Shown here in pieces: positions 25,856 to 34,997 of a DNA stretch of 54,276 nucleotides (its first letter is position 1; each line of letters opens with the position of its first letter). Source of the DNA: an uncultured Pseudomonadota bacterium (lineage in GTDB: Bacteria; Pseudomonadota; Gammaproteobacteria; UBA6186; Azoamicaceae); the NCBI GenBank assembly GCA_902827015.1, contig CADEGZ010000001.1, forward strand, positions 1-54,276. Reading direction: 5' to 3'. The notes under the pieces are model-generated. The model worked only from the letters and a program-made list of their open reading frames with translations. It did no database searches and had not been told where the DNA came from. The position numbers and the translations under genes are program-made.

Positions 25856-26072
25856 CCATTATCAAACAAAAAATAGTATTTTATCACCGAATTCAAAATA
25901 CTACCCGTCCCCTATCATAAATCTTTAATCAGCTTAATGAATCTAACATTAAATTTTATATAAAGCTACTAAAAAGGCGCATGGAGAAATAGTTAAATTT
26001 TTATTTTTAATTACCTGGTAGTCTTAATGTTATTTAAATAGCCAACATCGTTTATAAAAACCTTTATATCTA

Positions 26073-29000
26073 TCAGCTTTTATTTGATGCCAAAATTAGC
26101 TTCTCTAAAAAGTCTAAATAAATCCAGGCTAGATCTTTAATCTTTTCTTCAGAAAAAGTATTAGTGCTATAATTCCAGTCAAAACGAAGTTCATCATTCA
26201 CAACTACCGAAACAATATCAATTTCATGTACTCTTAGTGACTCGCCAGCAATTGGAAAACCAAAATACTCATCCGCCATAGAAAAAACAGTATTACTAAA
26301 TATATTATGTGTAAATTGCCCCAAGTAATTAAAACTAATTAATGGTTTTACCATATTAAGATCTTCTCTTAACTTCTGATTTGTACTCATATACTTTAGT
26401 AATAGGAATTCAAATCCAAAGTTAGGAATGGCCTGTAATTGCTGATCAGTGGCTATAACTAATTGATCTAAAGTTAAATTTTTTTTATACCATAATATGA
26501 TTGGGTAAATACTAGTGAACCAGCCAACTGTACGCGATACATCAAGCTGATTAAAACTATTACGGCCATGAGCTTCTAAATTAACCGTAAGATATTCCAA
26601 ACCGTAAACCTTATAAAAAGTTTGAATGAGCGGTAAAAGCAATAGTGTATTGACATGAACGTTATAATACTTTATTGACCAAGTAAGGAATACTTGAGTC
26701 AATTTTTTATTAAGACATATACTAATAGTTTTTTGGCTTGTATAATTATTAAGGCCTTTTTTAAACATCCTACCAATATTGGACTTAGCTTCTTTGCTTA
26801 AACATCGCCAATAATCAACAATAGGTTGTTTTTCAACAATTTTTACATACTTTTCAAGCTCGTTAGCCCAATTCTGATAACTGGATGTCTTTTCTAATAA
26901 ATCTATGGGTTTATTTTCTTTGAGCTGAAAATATGCTGTGTTTATGTCTTCAATTAGTATTCTCCAAGAAACACCGTCTATTATAAGATGATGAACGATA
27001 ATCAGTAAGCGATTACCTCTTTCGTTACCAAGTTCAAAATACAAAAAACAAGCTAAAGGACCTCGGGAAATATTTAAACTAGCATGTGCTTTATTTGAAA
27101 ATTCAAGCATTTTTTGCTTTTGCTCAGCGTACGAGTAATCCGATAAATTTATATTTGAAAAAACATAGCTGCTTTCTTCATACCTTGCAACCCAAGTCTG
27201 ATTAAAATTAAATCTAAGAGAAAAAACATCATGATAATTAATGACATATTTAATAGCCTGTTCAAGTAATTGTACGTTAAGACTTTCTTTGGGTTTTAAC
27301 TTAAATAACTGATTCCAATAATTATAATTACCAATTTTTTGTTCAAAAAACCAATATTGAATCGGAGATAATTTTTGTTCATTGCCACTAACCCGACTTG
27401 TGATCTCCAATGTTTCAAAATGATTAATAATATTTATTAATTCTTTAATTGTTTGTTTTTCAAACAAGTCTTTCACTCTAATATAAATTTTACGCTTACG
27501 TAACTTGGCAACAATTTGCATTAAAGAAATTGAATCACCTCCCAAATGAAAAAAATTAGAGGTTATATCGTTAACTTCTACTCCTAATACTTCTCGCCAA
27601 ACTTCAGCAATTATTTTTTCAACGTCAGTTTTTGGTTTAATATTCTGATTTAAATCTTCTAGTTGTAAAAAAACTTTATTTTCCAATATGGTTTTTTCCA
27701 ATTCCCTACGATCTACTTTACCATTTTTATTTAACGGAAAAGTATTGATTTGAATAAAATATGAAGGTACCATATATTCCGGCAGTAATTCAATTAGGTA
27801 AGCACGCAAATCTTTAACGGAAATTGGTACATCTGCTTGTAAATAACCTACTAATTTTTTCTGTTTATTAATTTCCTTAAGTAAAACTACAGCTTGTTGT
27901 ACTCCAAAATATGTAGTTAATGTAGCTTCAATTTCGCCTAATTCTATACGCAACCCTCGCAACTTAACCTGGTGATCTATTCTACCAAGGTAATTTAAAT
28001 AGCCCTCCTCATTCCACTTAACTAGATCACCCGTTTTATATAATTTTTGATATTTAATATCATAAGAAAATTGATTATCAATAAATTTTTCAGCAGTAAG
28101 ATTTGGTGCATTTAAATAACCTTTTGCCAATCCAATACCTGACAAATGTAATTCGCCAGATACTCCAATTGGTACAGGATTACTAGACTCATCCAAAACA
28201 TAAACTTTCATATTAGAAATAGGCTTTCCTATAGGAACAGGTAAATTTTGAGAATCAATATAACATTCTTGGTAAGTAACATCTACAGATGCTTCCGTTG
28301 GACCATATAAATTGTGTAGTTTTACTTTTTTTAGTTTTAACAAAAATTTATTAACGTCTTTTCTTGACAGAGCTTCACCACTACAAAATACTTGTGACAA
28401 ACTAGCACAATTCTTAATATCAACAGTATTCATAAACGCATTTAACATTGAAGGCACAAAATGTAAAATAGTAACTTTATGCTTATTTATTTGTTCAAGT
28501 AAATACTCCGGATCTTTATGCCCATCCGGTTTGATAACAACAATACTTGCACCAATAATTAATGGCCAGAAAAATTCCCAAACTGAAACATCAAAGCTAT
28601 AAGGAGTTTTCTGCATAACACGATCATTTTCTGTTAAAGAATATTCTTTTTGCATCCATAATAAGCGATTACTTATACCAGCGTGTTGAATCATAACCCC
28701 TTTAGGAATTCCCGTTGATCCTGACGTGTATATTGTATAGGCAAGATCAGCTTCTGAAATTTCTACTTTTTTATACAACTTTTTTTTCTTACTACCATCA
28801 AGTAAAACGTTAATATTTAAAATTGGCTTATCCGTTATTTCAGTTATTTTATTCTGATAGAATGTTTCTGTAATAATTGCTAATGGTTTTGCGTCGGCAA
28901 TTATTGTTTTTATTCGAAATTCTGGTGTAGATATTTCTAAAGGGATATATGCTACGCCCGCATATAAAATTCCAACTAATGCAATAACTCTCTCAATCGA

Positions 29001-30764
29001 TCGATCCATTATAACAATAACAAAATCACCAGGTTTAGCGCCTTGATACTGTAATTCTGCAGCTATGATCTTTGCTTGTCTATCGAGTTCATAATAATTG
29101 ATAGTAGATCGATCATCGACTAAAGCAATTTTATTCGGCTTAATCGCACACTGTTTTTGAATAAGTAAAGGTATCGGAGTTAAATAGTTAACAGTATAGT
29201 CTTCTGTGTTATTCCATTTTTCGACAACAAGTCGATATTCACTATCTGAAAGAACTCTTAAGTTTTTAACTTGATCTTCTTGGCTAATGATAATTGATTC
29301 AATACATTTACAATAGTTTTCAAAAAATCTCTGAATAAATAAACTAGTAAATATATTTGTTGCATAATCTATGCTAAAAATTAACTGATTTTCTACGTTT
29401 TTAATATCAACGCTCAACTTAAAAGGGGAATACGGATTAGGAGTTAGTATAGATTCTATATCAATGCCATTTAAGTTTAAAGGTTCTTCTTGCTCATCTG
29501 AATAATTAAAAAGTACCTGAAAGAATTGTTGATAATTACCAACGTAATCCTTTTCTAGTGCATGTTTAATAATTTTATCTAGAGGTACTTGTTGAAACTC
29601 GCTTAGTTGACTTAACTTTGATTGTACTTTAATCAAGAATTCAGAAAATATTTCATTATCAATTAACAACCTAAAAGGTATTGTATTAACAAATAAGCCG
29701 AATATACTCTCCATCTTTAAATCAAAACGATTAGAAACAGGAATTCCTATTAGGATATCTTTTTGACATGTGTAACGGTTTAATAATATAATAAAACAAC
29801 TAAGTAAAACTGTATAGAGCGTACAGTTATTTTTATTAGAAAGTTTTCTTATTTTATCTGTTAATTGTTTACTAATATACCAAAATAAAGTGTTTGTAGA
29901 TTTCATTGATTGTTGTGAGCAGTTAACATTATTATTAACAGGTAAATCAAGAATAGTTATATCTTTCAACTCATTGGCCCAAAATACCAATTGTTTATCA
30001 AAAAATTTTTGAGTGCTTTCTTGGTTTTCCCAAATAGCGTAATCTCGGTAGTCTAGTTCTATTTCTTTAAATACATAATCACTGTTAGAATTGTATAATA
30101 TTGACAATTCTTGCATAAATTGCTTAATTGACCAACCATCAATAATAATGTGATGTACTTTAATCAAAAAGACAGTAAAAAATTCATCTTTTTGAATTAA
30201 TGATGCTTGTATTAATGAGTTACTATTTAAATCTAATTTTGTATTAAAAAACTGATCTATATATTCACTAACATTTTTATCATCCATATCGAATAATGAG
30301 GGTTTATCTAAACAAAAATTTATTTCATCTATTACTTTTTGATAAGGTATACCTTCGATTTCAATAAAAGTCGTTTTAAAAATGTTATGTCGGTTAATTA
30401 AGATTTGAATACATTTTTCCAATAAAGGTATATTCAGTTTCCCTCGAAAATTGTAAGCGGCTCTTACTATATAAACTGGCATTTCTGAGGATAATTTTGA
30501 TTCTAGCAACATTCTCTTCTGAGCATGCGAAAGAGGGGCTAATATCTTATTACTTGAAAATTGAGATATAATGGTTGAATAGGCTTCATTGTTAAAATAA
30601 CAAGACTGTAAAAACTCTAATATTTTTGCTTTATTTTGGGAAAGTTTTTTTAAAAAATTTTCAGGAATATTCCCTTGTTTTGACTTGACTTCAAAATTAC
30701 CATTTTTCTCAGAAAGTATTACACCATATGATCTTGCTTCTTTCAAAATATCTACAACACTCAT
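26073..30764 (-). CDS. Single-module NRPS: N-terminal docking domain - C(LCL-type) - A(Ser code) - T - E; no TE
   Basis: Docking MSVVDILKEARSYGVILSEKNG..; C1 LAPLSHAQKRMLL; C3 VHHIIIDGWS (~30131-30157); A3 LAYTIYTSGSTGIPKG (~28695-28727); A4 SFDVSVWEFF; NLYGPTEASVDV; T GGDSISLMQ (~27530-27550); E LSPIQYWFF, VHHLIIDGVSWRIL (~26974-26997), LEAHGR, RTVGWFT, FNYLGQF. Confidence 0.93.
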   Translation of the reverse strand: MSVVDILKEARSYGVILSEKNGNFEVKSKQGNIPENFLKKLSQNKAKILEFLQSCYFNNEAYSTIISQFSSNKILAPLSHAQKRMLLESKLSSEMPVYIVRAAYNFRGKLNIPLLEKCIQILINRHNIFKTTFIEIEGIPYQKVIDEINFCLDKPSLFDMDDKNVSEYIDQFFNTKLDLNSNSLIQASLIQKDEFFTVFLIKVHHIIIDGWSIKQFMQELSILYNSNSDYVFKEIELDYRDYAIWENQESTQKFFDKQLVFWANELKDITILDLPVNNNVNCSQQSMKSTNTLFWYISKQLTDKIRKLSNKNNCTLYTVLLSCFIILLNRYTCQKDILIGIPVSNRFDLKMESIFGLFVNTIPFRLLIDNEIFSEFLIKVQSKLSQLSEFQQVPLDKIIKHALEKDYVGNYQQFFQVLFNYSDEQEEPLNLNGIDIESILTPNPYSPFKLSVDIKNVENQLIFSIDYATNIFTSLFIQRFFENYCKCIESIIISQEDQVKNLRVLSDSEYRLVVEKWNNTEDYTVNYLTPIPLLIQKQCAIKPNKIALVDDRSTINYYELDRQAKIIAAELQYQGAKPGDFVIVIMDRSIERVIALVGILYAGVAYIPLEISTPEFRIKTIIADAKPLAIITETFYQNKITEITDKPILNINVLLDGSKKKKLYKKVEISEADLAYTIYTSGSTGIPKGVMIQHAGISNRLLWMQKEYSLTENDRVMQKTPYSFDVSVWEFFWPLIIGASIVVIKPDGHKDPEYLLEQINKHKVTILHFVPSMLNAFMNTVDIKNCASLSQVFCSGEALSRKDVNKFLLKLKKVKLHNLYGPTEASVDVTYQECYIDSQNLPVPIGKPISNMKVYVLDESSNPVPIGVSGELHLSGIGLAKGYLNAPNLTAEKFIDNQFSYDIKYQKLYKTGDLVKWNEEGYLNYLGRIDHQVKLRGLRIELGEIEATLTTYFGVQQAVVLLKEINKQKKLVGYLQADVPISVKDLRAYLIELLPEYMVPSYFIQINTFPLNKNGKVDRRELEKTILENKVFLQLEDLNQNIKPKTDVEKIIAEVWREVLGVEVNDITSNFFHLGGDSISLMQIVAKLRKRKIYIRVKDLFEKQTIKELINIINHFETLEITSRVSGNEQKLSPIQYWFFEQKIGNYNYWNQLFKLKPKESLNVQLLEQAIKYVINYHDVFSLRFNFNQTWVARYEESSYVFSNINLSDYSYAEQKQKMLEFSNKAHASLNISRGPLACFLYFELGNERGNRLLIIVHHLIIDGVSWRILIEDINTAYFQLKENKPIDLLEKTSSYQNWANELEKYVKIVEKQPIVDYWRCLSKEAKSNIGRMFKKGLNNYTSQKTISICLNKKLTQVFLTWSIKYYNVHVNTLLLLPLIQTFYKVYGLEYLTVNLEAHGRNSFNQLDVSRTVGWFTSIYPIILWYKKNLTLDQLVIATDQQLQAIPNFGFEFLLLKYMSTNQKLREDLNMVKPLISFNYLGQFTHNIFSNTVFSMADEYFGFPIAGESLRVHEIDIVSVVVNDELRFDWNYSTNTFSEEKIKDLAWIYLDFLEKLILASNKS
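30590..30764 (-). other. TubC-like N-terminal NRPS docking domain
   Basis: MSVVDILKEARSYGVILSEKNGNFEVKSKQGNIPENFLKKLSQNKAKILEFL follows the G-V-x-L..(beta-hairpin)..K/P-x-G-x-[IL]..L...K..IL.[FL]L pattern of beta-hairpin docking domains. Confidence 0.55.
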
Positions 30765-30962
30765 CTTAGGATATATTCTCCAAATACATTTTATTAAAAA
30801 ACTTAATAATGAAATTTAACTATTTCAACTGCTAGTGATTGTACATTGCTAACTAACAACTTCTGCACTACCACATAGGTTAATATGTGTCTAGCAATAT
30901 ACAAAAATTATCGTATCAAATCAAGCCAAGCCCTTATAATAACTCGTAAGTTCATGTGGTTT

Positions 30963-33962
30963 TTAAAATTTCTCCCTAACACGAATTCGTTCAATTAAAG
31001 AGTAGATCACAGGTACAACAAATAAAGAAAGTCCAGTTCCCATTAACATTCCTCCGATAATAACCCAACCAATATGTTTTTTCGCAACTGCTCCTGCTCC
31101 TACACTAAACAACAAAGGGATTGCACCACACACCATAGCAAATGTTGTCATTAATATAGGTCTTAGTCGAAGTTCCGCTGCGGTTAGAATCGTATTTTTC
31201 AAAGACCGATCCTGAGTACGAAGCCGATTAGCAAAGTCAACAATTAGTATACCATGTTTAGTAATTAAACCAATCAAAGTAACTAACCCAATAATGGTAT
31301 AAACATTATTCGTACCATTTACCCAATTAATTGTCCAAACTGCACCTGTTATTGAAAGTGGGACTGTTAACAATACTACAAAAGGATGAATGAAACTCTC
31401 AAATAGAGCCGCTAACACTAAGTAAATAAAAACTAAGGCAAGTGCAAAGGTTAACCACATAGCATCTCTAGATTCTTTAAATTGCTCTGCTTTGCCACCA
31501 AACTGATAATGGGCATCAACAGGCAAGTATTTTTTTATAATAGGATCTAATATCTTCATTGCATCATCTAATGCCACCCCTGATTGCAAAGAAACCACTA
31601 CTTCAGTCCCTCGCATTCGATCGTAATGTTTAATTTGATTTAATCCTATGGTTTCTTTTAAAGTAGCTACACTTCCCAAAGAAGCCCATTGTCCTTCATT
31701 ATTAGCAACAAAATAAGAGTTTAAACTACTTAATTCTGAACGCAATTTCTTTGGTGCCCTTACTTGTACATCATAGTCCAACCCTTCAAAATTAAAATTT
31801 GTTACCTTACGACCTGATAATAATGTATATAATGTATCTTCAATGACATCAACATTAATGCCTAATTCATTAACTAATTCTCTATCAAGAATAACTTCTA
31901 GCCTTTTCTTTTCCAAATTTTCTTCGCATTTTAATACATCAAATTCTGGATATTTTCTAGCTTCTATTATTATGCTATTTAAAGCCTTTAAAAGTTTTCT
32001 TTGATCCCCATTATATTGCAAAATAATTTTCAAAGGCTCTTCACTTGCAAAATTTTGGTTATCAGTAATATCTACTTCAGGCCCAATAATAGACTTCAAC
32101 CTAGGTTTTAAAGTTTTAGCAATTTCCTGACTTGTGCGATTACGTTCTTTATTTGGTTTCAGCAATAATGACCACCACATCCACTGATCTTGCCAAATGC
32201 CCGTTACAGTTAATTCGGCTTCCGGTACATTTTTCAATATCGTTTCAATGTTTTTAAACCAACTTTCTTTGATCTCTAGCGTAACTGAATTTTTTGCACT
32301 AATTGAACCTTGTAAATATCCTTGATCTTCGATAGGTACTAATTCAGATGGAAGTTTTTGAAAACCAATGGTTCCTAATAAAATAATTAAAAATAAAGTA
32401 AAACAAATTGCTCTTGGATGTTCTATTGCAATTGTAAGTAACATTCGATAATGAGTAGCCATTATGTCCCAATAATGTATTTTTTTAGATTCTTTTAAAA
32501 ATTTAGCGCCTAAAGCTGGAGTCAATGTTAAAGCAACGAATCCTGAAATAACAACACTTCCCGCTAATGTCCAAGCAAATTCACGAAATATTATGGCAGC
32601 ATCGTCTGCTTGAAACAATAAAGGGACGTAAACAGCAGCTAAAGTAACTGTCATTACTACTACTGAAAAACTAATTTCTTTCATACTACGTTTAGCTGCA
32701 TCTAAACTAGTTAAGCCTTCTTCCATATGTCGATAAATATTTTCAACTACTACTATTGCGTCATCTACCACCAAACCAATGGCTAAAATTAGCGAAAGTA
32801 ACGTAATAGGGTTTATACTAAAATCTAATATCCACATAAGGGCAAATGAACCGATTAAGCACAATGGCACTGTAATCATAGGCAAAAAAGCCGCTCTTAT
32901 TGAACCCAAAGAAAGTGTAATAATAATTCCTACTAAGATAATGCCTTCCCATAATGTATATCTCATATTAATAAAAGCTTCTGAAAAAGCTTTAGTTGCA
33001 TCAAAACTAATAGATACTTTTATAGAATCAGGTAACGTTCTTTTTAAATCTTCTACAAAATGATAAACCCGTTTCGCTACTTGTAAAGGGTTTGCGTTAG
33101 ACTTTGCTAATATTTCTAATCCAACTATATAATTACCATTAACTCTTATTTTTAAATATGTTGGCTTTTGAGTAATTGAAATGGTAGCGACATTATCTAT
33201 TGTTATGCGTTCATTCAATCTTTTTTTCACAGTTATATTTGCAAAATCTTGAGGTTTCTTGACTGACGACATTAAAACTACCGATTGACTTCCAGTTACT
33301 CCTTCAATTTCACCCCCTGAAGTATGTGTATTTTCACGTCGCAATGCATCTACAACATCTTTAATAGTCACTTGAAACTTTGCTAACAATGCTGGATCAG
33401 GCGTTATCGCAATCATATATTGCTCATCACCAAAATGACCAACTTTTGCAACCCCTTCTATTAAAGTTAGACGAGCTTCTATTACACGTCGAATATAATC
33501 AGATAGAGCAGCAATACTCTGAGTTTTATCTTCAAATCTTAAATAAAGAATAGCAGAATTATTTTCCGCTTGCTCTTGAATTTCTGGGCGTTTTACTGAT
33601 TCTGGTAAAACACTCGTGGCAGCTAATACACGATCACGAACTTGGCTTAATGCTTTATGAGTATCAATACCAACTTTAAATTTAATATGAATTTCGCTAC
33701 GACTATCTTGGGTAGTAGAATTAAGTTTTTTAATTCCATCAAGACCAGCCAGAGCATCTTCTAAAGGTTTAGTAACTTGATACTCTACTGTAGAACTATT
33801 AGCCCCAGGAAAAATTGTAGTAACGCATATTTCACTTCGTGTTACATTTGGTGTATGCCGAAGTTCTAAATGATGGAAAGAAACTAAACCTAAAATTAAC
33901 AATACTAAATTGATAGCAATTGTCATTACTGGACGACGTATAAAAATCTCCGAAAATTGCAT
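30963..33962 (-). CDS. RND efflux permease (AcrB/HAE1-like inner-membrane subunit)
   Basis: About 1000 aa. The canonical N-terminus MQFSEIFIRRPVMT starts at the ATG seventh codon of the tool ORF. I prefer it to the TTG at 33980, and it forms a TAATG overlap with the adaptor's stop. There are two large periplasmic loops between TM1/2 and TM7/8, plus ..GLVVDDAIVVVENI.. and ..LRPILMTTFAMVCGAIPL.. Confidence 0.9.
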   Translation of the reverse strand: MQFSEIFIRRPVMTIAINLVLLILGLVSFHHLELRHTPNVTRSEICVTTIFPGANSSTVEYQVTKPLEDALAGLDGIKKLNSTTQDSRSEIHIKFKVGIDTHKALSQVRDRVLAATSVLPESVKRPEIQEQAENNSAILYLRFEDKTQSIAALSDYIRRVIEARLTLIEGVAKVGHFGDEQYMIAITPDPALLAKFQVTIKDVVDALRRENTHTSGGEIEGVTGSQSVVLMSSVKKPQDFANITVKKRLNERITIDNVATISITQKPTYLKIRVNGNYIVGLEILAKSNANPLQVAKRVYHFVEDLKRTLPDSIKVSISFDATKAFSEAFINMRYTLWEGIILVGIIITLSLGSIRAAFLPMITVPLCLIGSFALMWILDFSINPITLLSLILAIGLVVDDAIVVVENIYRHMEEGLTSLDAAKRSMKEISFSVVVMTVTLAAVYVPLLFQADDAAIIFREFAWTLAGSVVISGFVALTLTPALGAKFLKESKKIHYWDIMATHYRMLLTIAIEHPRAICFTLFLIILLGTIGFQKLPSELVPIEDQGYLQGSISAKNSVTLEIKESWFKNIETILKNVPEAELTVTGIWQDQWMWWSLLLKPNKERNRTSQEIAKTLKPRLKSIIGPEVDITDNQNFASEEPLKIILQYNGDQRKLLKALNSIIIEARKYPEFDVLKCEENLEKKRLEVILDRELVNELGINVDVIEDTLYTLLSGRKVTNFNFEGLDYDVQVRAPKKLRSELSSLNSYFVANNEGQWASLGSVATLKETIGLNQIKHYDRMRGTEVVVSLQSGVALDDAMKILDPIIKKYLPVDAHYQFGGKAEQFKESRDAMWLTFALALVFIYLVLAALFESFIHPFVVLLTVPLSITGAVWTINWVNGTNNVYTIIGLVTLIGLITKHGILIVDFANRLRTQDRSLKNTILTAAELRLRPILMTTFAMVCGAIPLLFSVGAGAVAKKHIGWVIIGGMLMGTGLSLFVVPVIYSLIERIRVREKF

Positions 33963-34888
33963 TACCAATCTTCCGCCCAATCAGTACAACTTACCTTTTT
34001 TCCTTCTTGAATTAAACTTTTATGAACTAAAACAACAGGCTCTCCCAAATTTAATCCAGAGGTAACATGCACTCGCCCATCTTGCTTTTCTCCTATTCTA
34101 ATGGCTCTTTTTTGTATTTTACTATCCACTATTACAAAAACATCATATCCATCTATCCCGAAAACTAAACATAACTCAGGGATAATTAATGCTTTAGAAT
34201 GCACCTCTAAAAAATGTCTTATATGTGCTAACATTCCAGGCAACAGATTTCGATTGGTATTTTTAATTGTTGCACGTACTAAAATAGTATGAGCTTTAGT
34301 ATCAACTACCGGCGAAACAAAATTTACAAATCCCTGAAATATTTTATTATGAAATGCTTTAACAAATATTTGAACTGGTTGACCAATCTGTAATCTTACA
34401 GCATAGCACTCAGGAACTCGATATGTTATTGATAAAAAATCCGTATTAACCAATTCGATTAATTCTGTGCCAGTGGTTACATATTCGCCCGGTTTAACCT
34501 GCCAATCGGTTAAATACCCGTCAAAAGGAGCATATACCTCAGGTGCAGCAATAATATTAGCTAATAATGTCCCTTTTTTAACCCAGGAACCAGACTCAAC
34601 TAATAAATATTGAATTCTTCCAGAAGTCCCTGCTTTTAATTTTAATTCCTCCTTTGCTGTTAATTGCCCAACTGTTTCTATTAGTTCGGGCATAGAAGCT
34701 TCTTTTACACGTATAGTTTGAACCTGAATAAGATTTTCTTCACTTTGACTTTCACTAAAAAAATGCTGATGTATTATTATTTTAATGAATATAGCTAAAA
34801 TCAAAATACAAATCATTGATACAAAAAAAATGCAAAAATTTTTAAGATTAGCAAACTTAATATGCTGGATACTAAATTTTTTTAACAC
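33962..34888 (-). CDS. RND efflux periplasmic adaptor (membrane fusion protein, HlyD/AcrA family)
   Basis: It has an N-terminal membrane anchor (FCIFFVSMICILILAIFIKIII), then the lipoyl/hairpin-type string GTLLANIIAAPEVYAPFDGYLTDWQVKPGEYVTTGTELIELV and a beta-barrel tail. It has a GTG start and is coupled to the RND gene. Confidence 0.8.
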   Translation of the reverse strand: MLKKFSIQHIKFANLKNFCIFFVSMICILILAIFIKIIIHQHFFSESQSEENLIQVQTIRVKEASMPELIETVGQLTAKEELKLKAGTSGRIQYLLVESGSWVKKGTLLANIIAAPEVYAPFDGYLTDWQVKPGEYVTTGTELIELVNTDFLSITYRVPECYAVRLQIGQPVQIFVKAFHNKIFQGFVNFVSPVVDTKAHTILVRATIKNTNRNLLPGMLAHIRHFLEVHSKALIIPELCLVFGIDGYDVFVIVDSKIQKRAIRIGEKQDGRVHVTSGLNLGEPVVLVHKSLIQEGKKVSCTDWAEDW

Positions 34889-34997
34889 AAAATATATTCC
34901 ATAAATTCAATTTTTATCTTATCCGCTTCCTTTATATAAATAATATCTACCAAATTAGTAATACCATAATGATTATAAATATATAAACTGCATCTTG

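Noticed and set aside
33963-33980. TTG start six codons upstream of MQFSEIF for the RND permease
   Set aside because: RND permeases canonically begin M-x-F-S-x-x-F-I-x-R-P. The ATG gives a classic TAATG stop/start overlap with the adaptor gene.
33900-34021. While hand-translating I needed one base fewer at the 33900/33901 line junction and one base more at the 34020/34021 junction to reproduce the ORF-track proteins. Taken literally, that would mean frameshifts in both the RND and adaptor genes.
   Set aside because: The supplied ORF track is continuous through both genes, and my coordinates agree with the track on either side (checked at 30963, 33783, 34886 and 34998). I treat this as a line-wrap or hand-count artefact, not biology. 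Base-level coordinates in this 120-nt stretch may be off by 1.
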